The notes: generated from the letters alone by a model not told the origin. DNA of 63,407 nucleotides, filler included, from Phoronis australis (GCA_002633005.1; 8 parts of 8 records of this genome joined end to end with filler, not necessarily neighbours in it), one strand, 5' to 3'; shown: positions 39,965-52,312, counted from the whole stretch's first letter. Made by a program: numbers and translations.

Positions 39965-40296
39965 GCCCAAAAATCCATACAACAGGTCTGATGTCATAGT
40001 CCCACTAACACAGTCTCATTCATCACGAACCAGAGTTAGACCTAAAATCCAAAAAACAGGGCTGATGACATAGTTCCATTATCACAGTCTCATTCATTAC
40101 GAACCAGAGTTAGACCTAAAATCCATACAACAGGGCTGATGCCATACTCCCATGAACACAGTCCCATTCATCACATACTAGAGTTAGACCTAAAATCCAT
40201 ACAACAGGGCTGATGACATAGTTCCATTATCACAGTCTCATTCATCACATACCAGAGTTAGTCCTAAACTCCATACATCAGCTCTAATGTCATAGT
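39965..40296. repeat. 74-bp tandem repeat overlapping a MAP2K7 exon 3' end and donor site
   Basis: (c/t)agagttag recurs at 40031, 40105, 40179 and 40253; the last copy is the coding exon end. Confidence 0.9.
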
Positions 40297-40333
40297 CAGG
40301 GTGAGTGGGGTCTGGTGGGTCTATTCTTTCAGG
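40253..40333 (-). CDS. MAP2K7: MAP2K7 exon (subdomains VIII-IX)
   Basis: ttgtttcAG...GTATGT; 81 bp reading PERIDPPDPTHPDYDIRADVWSLGLTL. Confidence 0.96.
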
Positions 40334-40654
40334 CTGAAACAAAAAATAAACCTGACTGAACAAAAAGTGCCATCACTAGGACTACACACACCATCTCACA
40401 TTGATATTATATAATATAATAATCATTTTAATGGTATTTACTGTACTTCCAATAATGCAAATTAGGAAGTATCGCTGAAATTGAGTCATGTGTTTCGGAC
40501 ACATGGGTTTTTAGTTCAAGTGTGTAATTTCATCTAGTCTTGTGTGTTTGGATGGATGAGTTATTAGTGCAGGTGTGTTAAATTTTCACCTCGTCCTGTG
40601 TGATAGGAAAGTTAGGTTACTTATTAAAAACTCACGTGAGTACTTGGAAAATTG

Positions 40655-40800
40655 CCACTTACCAACATATAGGTAAAACAGTTGACACCAAAATATTGGT
40701 CAAGCAGCTGCATGACCCCAACATATTGGTCAAACAGTTGACCCCAACATATAGGTCAAACAGCTAACACCAAAATATAGGTAAAATAGCTGTTACTTAC
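40655..40800. repeat. ~27-bp degenerate tandem repeat (5 copies) abutting a MAP2K7 donor
   Basis: Units caacatataggtcaaacagttgaccc-like lie directly next to the GTAAGT donor at 40800. Confidence 0.8.
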
Positions 40801-40928
40801 TGCCATGTAGGCTGCACAGCCAGCACTTCTTGTCTTGGCCTTGGAGTCCACTAAGCGACCACTGATGCCAAAGTCACATAGTTTCACTGTACCCCTCTCA
40901 TCCAGTAGAATGTTTGAAGGCTTCACAT
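40801..40928 (-). CDS. MAP2K7: MAP2K7 exon (catalytic loop to activation loop)
   Basis: AG...GTAAGT; 128 bp reading (D)VKPSNILLDERGTVKLCDFGISGRLVDSKAKTRSAGCAAYMA. SKAKT is the MKK7-specific activation motif. Confidence 0.98.
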
Positions 40929-41009
40929 CTAACCATAAAAATGTTTAAGTTATTGATTATCACTGCACCAATGAAAATAGCCTGAATTTCATCTCAGCTT
41001 AAATGAGAA

Positions 41010-41160
41010 CATGTCAGTACTAGAGGCATGTCAGTACTAGAGGCATGTCAGTACTAGAGGCATGTCAGTACTAGAGGCATGTCAGTACTAGAGGCATGTC
41101 AGTACTAGAGGCATGTCAGTACTAGAGGCATGTCAGTACTAGAGGCATGTCAGTACTAGA
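41010..41160. repeat. Perfect 17-bp tandem repeat, ~9 copies
   Basis: (catgtcagtactagagg)n. Confidence 0.97.
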
Positions 41161-42330
41161 CCCAATGCAACTATAGCAACTGTTTTAGTTCACTGAATTT
41201 TATATTTATTTAGCACAACACCATAAATCGCTTTCGTATTATTTTCAGGTTCTCATTTATTACCCTGCATACATTCATTGAGTTCCAAAACATAATACTG
41301 CATTGCAAAAAAATACAATTAAAGATTGAATTTCATACTCCAAAAATGTGATAGTGACCTGTGCACATGTTCAAATAAGGCGATTTTTTCAAATGAGACT
41401 TTCTTATTTAGTCTCAAAGTGGACGAAATGGTTCCGCACTTTTTCTATATCCACTTTAAGCCATAAAGAATGGTATGAAACAAATCTATACCTTACCCTA
41501 AACACGTTTACAATGTTACTTTTTATTTCCTCCGTTAGCATTTTCCTAATAAGCAGTTCAATTTTAACCCAAAATTTGTGGAAAAATACACAGATTTGCA
41601 CAATATTATGCAGATTTTTGCGGAATTATGGAGATTTTTGTTGAATAATGCAGACTTGGCAGAATATTACGCGCCTGCAGAATATTACGCAAGTTTTGCA
41701 GAATATTATGTATATTTTGTGGAATTTCTGAGTAAATTGGACCAGAAGCCTTACGACTGGTGAAAACAAGTTTTGCCAATTATATATTTATTGCAAACAA
41801 GCTAGACTTGTTACACTAAAGCACTTCTTTGCTGCTCCAAAATTTCAAATTGAACAATTTATTATTAAAAATCAATTTGACAGTTGCAGACGGGTTCCAC
41901 ATGCGGAATGGTTTCCCAAACCGAACAGTTTTGCAGAGCCCTCAATTTTTTTAATTTTCTCCCGTTGCAACAAAAATGCAATACATTCCATTCTCAATTA
42001 CATAATACTAGTAAGTGGTTCATCCCAGTGGTGCATCCACACATGTTTTAATGAACTAAGTCAAACAATTCTAACTAGACTGCTTAATGGTCATGACAAT
42101 CTGCAGAGCACATAGACATCGTGACAAACTGCGGAACAAATATTATAGACTAAATCCATCGGTCGATCTCTTCATAAATTGATTTCTTCTATGACAGATG
42201 GAGGGACGTTTTGGTCCTTTCCCCTAACACACCAACACTCTCTAAGTTGCAGGTATGCAGTGAGCATTTTGGTAAACTGACACACAGAAAATGCAGTATA
42301 ATCATGATATACAGAGAAAATTACACTTAC

Positions 42331-42382
42331 CCCTGTGAATGACACCGTGATTTTCTTTTAAATAATTTAATGCATTGACTAT
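42331..42382 (-). CDS. MAP2K7: MAP2K7 exon (subdomain VIa-VIb); most 5' exon found here
   Basis: ttttttttcAG...GTAAGT; 52 bp reading IVNALNYLKENHGVIHR(D). I found no upstream exon on this contig. Confidence 0.95.
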
Positions 42383-43049
42383 CTGAAAAAAAAACAGATC
42401 ACCCAATAAGAGTAGCTCACTTAGAGTGAAGTCATGAATAAAGTAATACACCTAATAATCACCCATCATGATTACCTTAGTTAAGAGTGAATCCCTAAAG
42501 AGACCTGGAACGTGATAAACAGATTTAATAGCAACATTGAAAGCGGTTCTCTTCCACTGAACAGAATTCAACATGTTCACAAGATATTTTTAGAGTTTGC
42601 TCGCAGATTTTTAATTTTCGTTGATCTCAAAGCACTTTCCTTTAGTTTCATATTCCAAACAAGAGCAACGCAGAGAGTTGAAATGCGCCCACAATTGCAC
42701 TGTATACGACATCCTTCTAGGGTTGTTTATTGGTACCATAAAGTGGCCAGTAGAGGGCATATATGTAGTATGTTGTACTTTGCAAAATGGAAAGGCATGG
42801 TCATTGTCTCCTCAATAGGCTAGGGGCAAAATGTGAGTGATCTACATAATACAAGCACATCCTATACATCAGTTGCTTAAAGCACCACAGAAACATAGAA
42901 TTAAAAACAAATTTACCAACATTGATTATGAGATTAGCACAGCATTAGAATGCCAGAAACAAATTTCTACTTGGAACTTTTCCTTCATAGTCACGAAGTA
43001 ACACAAAGTATACATCTGAAGACCTATGAAAATACAAAGAGGTTAATGT

Positions 43050-43581
43050 AAAATACTAAAATTGTCCCTAGAGGCACACCGGTAGTCAGAATCATCCTTA
43101 AGTCGTCATCGTCCGTTGTCAACATCACATAAATACACTTGCTAAGTTTAGTAAAGATCCTAGGAGGCGCCACAGTAATCAAAGTCATGGGCAATTCAGC
43201 GTCAACCGTACTCTTCGAAAACACTAAAAATGGCCAGTAGGTGGCGCAAACTATGTCGAATCCATCTGAAAATGGCAGGATAGCGTCATCTCACTAATAG
43301 GTGCCTACATGCCAAATTTCATGAAAATCCGTTCAGGACTTTTGAAGATAAAAAGCGTAAAACACTAAAATTGCCACTAGGGGGCACACCGGTAGTCGGA
43401 TCCGTCCGAAAGTTCGCACATGCCGTCCCATTCATAAATGGAACATATGTGCCACATTTCATGAACGTATGTCAAAGGGCTTTGGAGATAAAGCAGCGGA
43501 CGCCGGACGGCGTCCGAACGGCGTCCGGACGGACATGACGGCATAATGCGTCCACATATAAAAATGTGGGCACATAAAAAA
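43050..43581 (+). mobile_element. Helentron-associated (HINE/DINE-like) non-autonomous element
   Basis: Internal subrepeats (ccactagg.ggc, ccaaatttcatgaaaatcc), a GGAC-type microsatellite, and a 3' hairpin atgcgtccacat/atgtgggcacat followed by an A-run. Confidence 0.65.
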
Positions 43582-44655
43582 CATGTGAAACTGTTCGCCA
43601 CATCGTCGATTTTTCTCCTACAAGGCAAAGCACATCTCCTTATTTGGTATGGCAGGAAATAGAGGTAACACATGTCCCTTATATGGAAAAAGTGACCTTT
43701 GACATCAGGTGACTTCAAGCACAGGCACCTTTGATCAGCCCTCAACTATACACTGTTTTTAGTTGATGTAAGCGTTCTGAAGATGTCGTTAGGGGCCTTA
43801 CGAGCATGCGCATTAGATGAAAATTTTGAAGTTATTTGCGCTCTTTGCTTTGCCGTGAATGTTGGCGATTGAAGTAGGAAAATCTTGAGGAATGTATTGT
43901 TTTTATTGGTTTGGATGTCAACAAATGGAAGAAATGAATGTGTTGCTATAGCAGATAAAATGTTTGAGTCAAATTACTTTCAGATTTGACATGTTTGGGG
44001 TTATTCCAGAATTGCCCAGCAGACGGCCATATTGAATGTCAGTTGTGTACCTTTCTCTTTATTATTCACCTATTTCACGAAAGCGCCATCTTCCCGCGCC
44101 ATCTTTAAATACTGATCGAAAACGAGGCACACTGATAAAACCTCGTGAGTGATCATCAGCTGGCCATGGTGTACTGTGCAGGGCCTGAACGTACCAATTC
44201 CAGTAATATCTCGTCGGTATCCTTCCCAGGGATATACTTAGCCACTCGCCCAGTCGCCAATACGAGTAAAAATGGTGCTGGGCGAGTAGAAGTTGATTTG
44301 CCGGTCGCAAAAGCACTATATATCGTTTCCCAGATGAATATGAATAATTTTCCTCCTCCTTGTGCTGTTTTTATCATGAATTTAAGGTTCAGTTTGGTCA
44401 TCGTGTCGATGCTCCAACAGTAAAAAACATCGGCGCAGTGCGACCCTACCGATTCAGTACATGTCACCCGTTACGCGATTCGTCAAAAAAACACAGTGTG
44501 TGGTCGTGCACAAAGAATTTGTGGACTAGTCCGAAACGAAGAAAAGGGGAGAAAGGTGGAAGACCGGTCCATGTGGTCATAGCAAATAAAATACCATATT
44601 TCTTGGAACTTATTGTAATGTGCAATGTCAATTTAGCCAAAATTATTTTTATAAC

Positions 44656-44730
44656 ATTCGTCCTAATAAGCGCCCATGCCCCTATAAGCGTTCCCATTCC
44701 TTTTCAGACTTCGCTAAAATAAGCGCCCAG
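44656..44730 (+). mobile_element. Terminus of a DNA-transposon-like repeat shared with 57311-57380
   Basis: attcg(t/c)cctaataagcg occurs at both sites; iterated taagcgccc motif. Confidence 0.45.
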
Positions 44731-45132
44731 TCCATGAATGTGTATATATCAGTGCGAAAAATGTCTTACCTCACAGTTCTAAAATTCTACAGTAATGTAT
44801 TCAATTTATCAATAATATCCGACAGTCCTGTAAATCATTGTGCGCGTAATTTCTAGTAGACCACGAGCCTCGCCGCTATGTCGGTATTTAGCCGTGGCTG
44901 TACACTTCAAAACATTCCGCAGTGTTTCAAAAAGAACGCAAAAGATTTGCTGATCTTGCGAGGAATGTGTCACACTACATGGTCTGGCCCTGATCAGAAC
45001 AGACGCAGCGTACTCAGGTCAACGTGATTGGTATTGTATCTTTCCCGTACAGATCTTCTCCCACAACAGGAATCCAGATTGTTTTGTACACGAAAAATTA
45101 TAAAAACCGCTAATCGAAACTTGGCCAAGAAG

Positions 45133-45232
45133 NNNNNNNNNNNNNNNNNNNNNNNNNNNNNNNNNNNNNNNNNNNNTTAATTAATTAANNNNNNNNNNNN
45201 NNNNNNNNNNNNNNNNNNNNNNNNNNNNNNNN
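45133..45232. other. Artificial contig spacer
   Basis: 44N-TTAATTAATTAA-44N. Confidence 0.98.
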
Positions 45233-45842
45233 CTGCGAACGGTTTAGGAGATACAGCCATAGGCGCAAAAAAAACAAAACTGCCACTAGGAGGCACCACA
45301 GTAATCCAAATCGGCTGAAAATCATTGTCAGCTGTTTTCTTTATAGTAAGCACATACATGCCAATTTTCACAACAATCCTTTGAGCGGTTTAGTTGATAG
45401 AGGGGTGGACGCAAAAATACAGACTAGAAAACTGTAAAAATGGCCACTAGGTGGCGCAAACAATGTCGAATCCATCTGAAAACAGGAGGATAGCGTCATC
45501 TCACTAATAGGTGCTTACATACCAAATTTCATGAAAATCCGTTCAGGAGTTTTGAAGATACAAAGGTAAGCGTAAAAAACTAAAATTGCCACTAGGGGGC
45601 ACACCGGTAGTCAAATCCGTCCGAAAGTCGTCACGTTCCGTTGTTAACATCATATAAATATACTTACGCAATTTCGTAAAAATCCTGTGAACGGTTTAGG
45701 AGATACAGCCACAGGCGAAAAAAAAACAAAACTGCCACTAGGAGGTGCCACAGTAGTCGAAATCGTCGGAAAGTCATCGTCAACCGTCCTCTACATAGTA
45801 AGCATATACATGCCAATTTTCACAATCATCCTTTGAGCGGTT
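45233..45842 (+). repeat. Tandem core array of the same Helentron-like family (~450-bp higher-order period)
   Basis: gaacggtttaggagatacagcca at ~45237 and ~45689; 45436-45625 closely matches 43222-43410. Confidence 0.8.
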
Positions 45843-47536
45843 TAATTCCAGACTACTTTAACATTTACTTTTGAAATCACCTTTGAAAATACGTTAAAAT
45901 GCGCTTAAACAGTTGTCCCTCCCTGTTTATCTCTTCCTGCTATTAGAGACAACAAATTGTTTAATAAAATACAGCGGCCCAGATCTCGACAGTTCCCCTT
46001 GCATAGAATATTCTACGGAATCGCAGTGGCGTCTTCGAAGTCAGTAGCGCACGCCGGGGTCTGGTGAACCAATTAAAGTACAGAGTCCCTGCGTGTGGTG
46101 CGAGACATATTGGCAATCAATGGAGATTCGTCGTACCACGGCGACATTTTGGCGGAGTGGGTATACCAAGGAACTAATCTGTCTATAGCCGCTCCGTGAC
46201 AATTATGGGACTATGTAGGGGCGTAATTAAAGGCGGACGTTCTAACAACGACAGCGAAAGCAGAAGTGACAGTAACAGCGAATTTGAAGACTCTGTAGAG
46301 ACGAAGGAGTTCAATGAAATGAACGGCGAAATGGAAGATTAACAAAATGTATAAACAACTTTTGGAGGGATTAGTGCAGTGTAGTGTTCGAACCAGAGGA
46401 ATCTGATTAAAGTGAATATGAAGGGGAAAATCTACCAACTGTCATGGAACACGCTACAGACCGTCTCAGAGGCGATGTTCGTTGTTGGCGAGTAAAATGT
46501 ATAATCAATCAACGAAATTGCTAATACTGTAGAATTCAAATTAAGCCAACGCTATTTCTTCCAGTCGAAAATTTGGGAAATTATGGAGCAAAGTTTCCCC
46601 GTGGAATTCCAAATGATTCAGTATTTTATTTCCAGCAGAATTCTTCCTTGGTTTCCCCATAATTTTTACGAAGAAAAATATAAGTTTATGAGCATACGCT
46701 GGTACACAATCAGTTGTTCAGGCTGTGGTTAGTGTGGTAATGGTGTCAATACACCAGACGACTGCAATAGGTCAAGAAAATGAGAGGGGTTTCTGATGGG
46801 AGCACATAATATGGGGCATAAAATGTTTAGTAATTAATTAGTGGTTGTGTGGAATAAAACGGAACAAAGATATGTTGCACAAAAGTGCATATATTTAATA
46901 CATATAAAAGACATTTGGTTCATTTTATACCGTCTTTAACTTTGCGGTTAACCTCAGTTAACATCGAAGCTTCGATTGCAGGTCATCAGTATGGGAATGG
47001 GCTAGTGTGGGACACTCCTGGCTAAATCTTTACAATCAAAGGTCCAACGTATTGCAGTTTCATGGAAAGTTAAATCAGTGAATCAAAATCCAGGTGATAA
47101 CGTCCCTGATGTGGAACGTTTTCGGTCACGAGGCTGGACCAAGTCATTCCAAACACTGGATTTGTGTTACTATTATTTTTTGAGTCTGACTGCAACGATG
47201 AGATTTTTAAATCAACTAAGTTGGATTTGAGGCCAGTAATAGCCAAGAAATAACTATATAACTGCTCAATCGCCGTACACGTGCCAAGAAAGTTTCAAAA
47301 TACCAAGTAGAAGAAGAACATTATTTGCAATATGCTCATCAAGAAGATCATCGCTAGGATCTCGCTAAAAAGCAAGACTTCGCGAGACTATGTGAGATTT
47401 TACCGTGTATGAGAACACGTAACGTTGGCCAGATTTTAGCTAGGTCCATTCTCACTACGTTTTCCGTGTCTCGACAGTTTGTAGTGTACGCCTTTGGTGT
47501 ATAGGAGTAGACTCCATTAATTGAAAATAACAAAGG

Positions 47537-48990
47537 GAACTAGAAAGATTATTGTCACGGCGTGACAATAACGGACTCTGCGCGTGGGTATTACTGGAAT
47601 TATTATGGGAAGTTACTGACAGCAACCCGTTCACCAATATGTAAAGGAATTCTTTAAAATTGTAGGAGAAATTACATATTATTTTATTGATGACCTTTCC
47701 ACTAATTGACCTCTTCCGGTGCATTATGAGCCCCGATGAGGGAGTAATTGTTAATTCGATTAAAAGTGTGGTTAATGCGAAAAATCACAGATGTTTTACT
47801 TTAAGCTCTTTAGAATACAAGATGAATGAATTGGTCAAACTTTCAGAAGAAAAATGCACCTAATGACCCCATGGGTGCACCAAATGACCTGAAAATTTAG
47901 AATTCAAACTCAATCGCTCTTAGTAAACAGATATGTAATTTTGAAGTCTCTAGCTCAAAATTTTTGTTTGCACTCAAGGACCTTTGACCTATTTTTTCTG
48001 ATTGGTTAGGCCTATTGCGAAGTAAAGTAGGGTATTCAATTGGCATGTTGACTTACACCAGTGTGCTGAAATTGAAAAGAATTGCTTAAAAAACATAAGA
48101 GATATAACATTTTGAACCTCCATGACCTTTGCACTAATTGACCCTATCCGGAGCATTATAAGCGTCTTTAGGAGAATTATTGCAAAGCCCATAAAAAATG
48201 TGTTTAATGCTGAGAATCTCAGTTGTCTAACGGTTGACACATCAGAATACTTGCTGATTGAAAAGGTCAAATTTTCAGAAGAAAAATGCACCTAATGACC
48301 CCATGTTTGCACTAAATGACCTGCAACTTTGGATTCCTATTTGATTCACCTGTGGCAATCAGACCTGTCAATTTGAAGTGTCTAGCTCAAAATTTTTGTT
48401 TGCACCTAATGACCTTTGACCTATTTCACCTGATTGGATGACCCGATTACTTAGAAAAGTAAATTTTTAAATTGTCATGTTGACTTATACCTGTGTACCG
48501 AATTTGAAAAAGATAGCTGTAAAACTAAAGGAGGAGTAGTATTTTGAAAATTATATGACCTTTGCACCAAACGACCTTTTCCGGTGCAATACGGGATATG
48601 ATTATATAACCAATCAAAATTTATATACTGTCAAAAGTCATGTGCTGAATTTAAAGACCGTACCTGCACCCAATTTGGAGTTATTAAGCCTCAAAGTTGG
48701 TCGGCGGAAGAAGAATAAGAATAAGAATAAGAAGAACTAGAAAGATTATTGTCACGGCGTGACAATAATGGACTCTGCGCGTGCGTATTAAATTAATTGT
48801 CATGGGAAGTTACTGACAGCAACCCGGTTACCAATATGAAAAGGAATTCTTTAAAATTGTAGGAGAAATTACATGTTAATATTTTGATGACCTTTCCACT
48901 AACTGACCTCTTCCGGTGCATTATGAACCCCGATGAGGGAATAATTGTAAAACCAATTTAAAGTGTGGTTAATGCTAAGAATCACAGATG
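47537..48990 (+). mobile_element. Tandemly arranged ~1.2-kb Helentron-like element (one full unit plus a partial one)
   Basis: gaactagaaagattattgtcacggcgtgacaataa starts at ~47537 and ~48734. Internal ~430-bp subrepeat (ttcagaagaaaaatgcacctaatgaccccatg); (AAGAAT)n at the unit end. Confidence 0.7.
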
Positions 48991-49090
48991 NNNNNNNNNN
49001 NNNNNNNNNNNNNNNNNNNNNNNNNNNNNNNNNNTTAATTAATTAANNNNNNNNNNNNNNNNNNNNNNNNNNNNNNNNNNNNNNNNNNNN
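48991..49090. other. Artificial contig spacer
   Basis: 44N-TTAATTAATTAA-44N. Confidence 0.98.
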
Positions 49091-50110
49091 GTGAAAAGTG
49101 CTCATTTTGCATTTTTTGCCCTTATTTTTCTTAGTCTAGCTTGGTTTTCAGTGGGAGTGAAAGGGTCAAAAATATACGAGAGAATAAAGTTTCTGTGGTC
49201 ATCTGTAGGGCTTGTGATGTGAAATGACTCAAAACTTTTCTTTATTTGCATGCAGTTTTTGACAGAGTGAAGAAAGGGTGAAGAGTCCATTGACGTATGT
49301 TCTGATAGACAGACCCCTGTGAGAACTGTTCTGTGCCTCCATACTGATGAGATAGAGTGGAACCGATCCGATTAGTATTACGTTATGGCAGGTCGCCATT
49401 TTGAGACTTCTGTTTTTGATTTGTATATTAATTTTATCGCCAAATTAAATTCATTTTTCTGTACAAACTTCTAGCAAGTGTGATATCGAAAGATGTGTCT
49501 TGAATTAAACTTTCTCGTGGTGAAATATCTGTTAATGTTTTATTATTCCTTCTTGAAGTTATCCACAAAAGTATGAAGGGGACGTTACTTTTTGAGTAGT
49601 TTAGAATACATAGGTCACGTGAGGGAGTTGGCATTCCAAGGCTAGAGTTCTATGCTCGTATTTACTTTTCAAGTAATTGTGCTGAATCACAATGCACGTG
49701 GACGCACATCATGCGATAGAAATGTATAGTCACTCACCGTTCAAAACTAAAGCAAAAACAGTAACATCTTAAAAATCCCCGTTGGTGACTACATAACAAG
49801 CGAGGAAAAAGGCAATTGAGCATGCAATATCTTATACCAGGTCATGACGCTTTTTTCACAGTTGATACAACTACATGTACGTAGTAGTAGACAAGGTACA
49901 GTGCTGCACGGTATGCTACGGCCGCCCTGCTGGCGGCAACATCCACTCGGGTTTCTCGCCCAATTCTCTTGAATTTGTCGGACCACGGTTTGTAGATTCC
50001 AAGAAAAATGTTCAAATTTGGCTAACTTATGACACACCTCGCTTTGTAGTCCTTAACTGAATACACAGACTCGTCAATAAGATCCTAGGCTAACAATAAC
50101 ATTGAGTGAA

Positions 50111-50238
50111 CTGGGCCCGGTCTCCAATCTCCGTACTCAGACTCGAATGATACTCAAACTCACACTTCATACTCAACTCGAGTACAGACTTAGCTTTGGT
50201 GTATTCAGTGTCATGCTCGAAAAATCTGTTCTCGAAAT
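50111..50238 (+). mobile_element. Truncated MITE with GGCCCGGTCTCCAATCT terminus (subfamily B)
   Basis: Nearly identical to 51199-51326; same terminal motif as 52313. Confidence 0.75.
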
Positions 50239-51198
50239 GAGCGAAAGTGAAACTGAAACTGGATTGTGTCGTGGCACCATAAATTATTAAGCCACGACAC
50301 TCACTTATGCCAGTACATTTCATTTGTAGCAAAAATATTGGAAATGTCTAGAAAATTTTGAGTACTTATGTTTTGGTGTTTGGTAGCGACCGTGCTTACT
50401 GATCACTTACAAACTGCATGATAAGAACAATCCTTCTCTCGCTTGCTTTCTCAGGTGTGATGTAACACCTGTATATCTGCGCTAATTGGTGCTCTATACA
50501 ACACCTTTACGATTATTTTGCCATGCAATACATGTACGGATATGTCAATGATTATTTTTTCAGAGTCGTTTTACAATCTGCCAAACAATGGCCGATAACA
50601 ATCACCACTGCCTGCAAGCCGAACCGGCTTTCACATTGAGTTTGAACAAAGGCCAAAGTTCTAAAAGGGCCATGCCAATCAATATCGAACTTTGTTTACA
50701 CTGGGGTTTTCAAAGGACCCGGGGACTTAGTCAGCTCGGGTTTTCCCCAGCGTCATACGAAAAACGACCAGTCAGTCACCAGTGACTTTCAAACGAAGTT
50801 GATAAAATTCTCATCGTTGGAGCTAGAAGGAATCAGGTTTTCTAAACAGACTTTACGACAGGTATGACGTGTATTTTTTGCTCAAGACCTTATGCTATCA
50901 TTATTGGAACTGGTCTAAAGTCGGCCTGACTTAGAGTTGAAGTGATTTCAGCTTTTTGGCTGAAGCAGCTTTGAAATTGGAACACTTTCAATTTCAGCTA
51001 AGCTATCTGTCGTAATCCCGTTTTCTCTGCAGCACATGTTTATTGACGTTAAACGCCGTTATAATTAGCTCATGCCCTTTCTGTAGTTCCCATTGTACCA
51101 TCTGCACATGCCTTCTCAGTAGTTTACCTTATATCATTCTCTAAGCCCTGCGCCCGGTCTCCAATCTCCGTAGTTTACCTTATATCATTCTCTAAGCC

Positions 51199-51490
51199 CT
51201 GCGCCCGGTCTCCAATCTCCGTACTCAGACTCGAATCATACTCAAACTCAAACTTCATACTCAACTCGAGTACAGACTCAGCTTTGGTGTACTCAATGTC
51301 ATACTCGAAAAATCTGTTCTCGAAATTTCGAGCATGTACTCAATTTTCGAGTATACTCGAACTGAAGTGTATCTCATCTATATTTCGAGTAAGATTTTGA
51401 GCTGAGTAAAATTCCGAGTATATGCACCGAATTTCAAGTTTGGTCTGGCAGTGTGCTTGAAATCGTACTCGAAAATAAGTACGAGCGAGA
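51199..51490 (+). mobile_element. MITE subfamily B copy rich in ACTCGA/TCGAGT motifs
   Basis: Matches 50111-50238 and extends further. Preceded by a 51-bp tandem duplication spanning its left junction. Confidence 0.7.
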
Positions 51491-52204
51491 GAACAATATA
51501 TCGAAAGGCCACGGACAGACACAGCAAATCTAAAAAATTAAGTCCTCTTACAATATTTCAGCCCTTCAATTTCAGTTCAGAGATAATAATTTTCATTTTA
51601 AATCTTCTTATTCTTCATATTTAAGTTAATAAACCGCCGTATCACTGCATGTCATCCCCGCCAATTCATAAACTCCTTACTCTACGATTCCTGGCAACAG
51701 GCGCATTCTAATCCCTTGTCGGTGAGTCATTACAAGTGTCGAAAGCAGTTGTGGGAAAAGTCGTGTGAGAAGTTTGTGCTGCCCTTATTTCAGTAGGTGT
51801 GTCTACGGTTTGTAGGGTTTCCAAAAGACGAGGAGGCGAGGAAAGTTAAAAACAGTTTGCTTCCCTGTCAGGTACATTTCACGTCAAAGTTTAGTCATCT
51901 ATAATTCCTCAATCCCCGAATGGTATTCCAGGTTCTGTTTGCTGATTTTCAAGTAGGTGTATCGTCCCGTTTATTGGTGAACTCTGAATGCCTGCACATG
52001 TATTGTTTTTTAACTCACGCGCCAAATGTCAACTAACTTGATACATCCCTGTAAAATACTAAGTTTTGACATCAGCCTACCAAAGACGCTAACAAGGCTA
52101 TTCACCAAGGCCGTCGCCATTATTATGTCATGGACCGTGGCGACACCTAGCGGGTGTGTGTGGGCAGACGAAGTACGCAAGGCATTGACTATGGCCGATC
52201 TTAG

Positions 52205-52304
52205 NNNNNNNNNNNNNNNNNNNNNNNNNNNNNNNNNNNNNNNNNNNNTTAATTAATTAANNNNNNNNNNNNNNNNNNNNNNNNNNNNNNNNNNNNNNNN
52301 NNNN
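52205..52304. other. Artificial contig spacer
   Basis: 44N-TTAATTAATTAA-44N. Confidence 0.98.
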
Positions 52305-52312
52305 TCTGGCAT

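Noticed and set aside
44062-44856. Cluster of overlapping 77-120 aa ORFs as upstream MAP2K7 exons
   Set aside because: No kinase subdomain I-V motifs in the ORF translations; the region looks transposon-derived.
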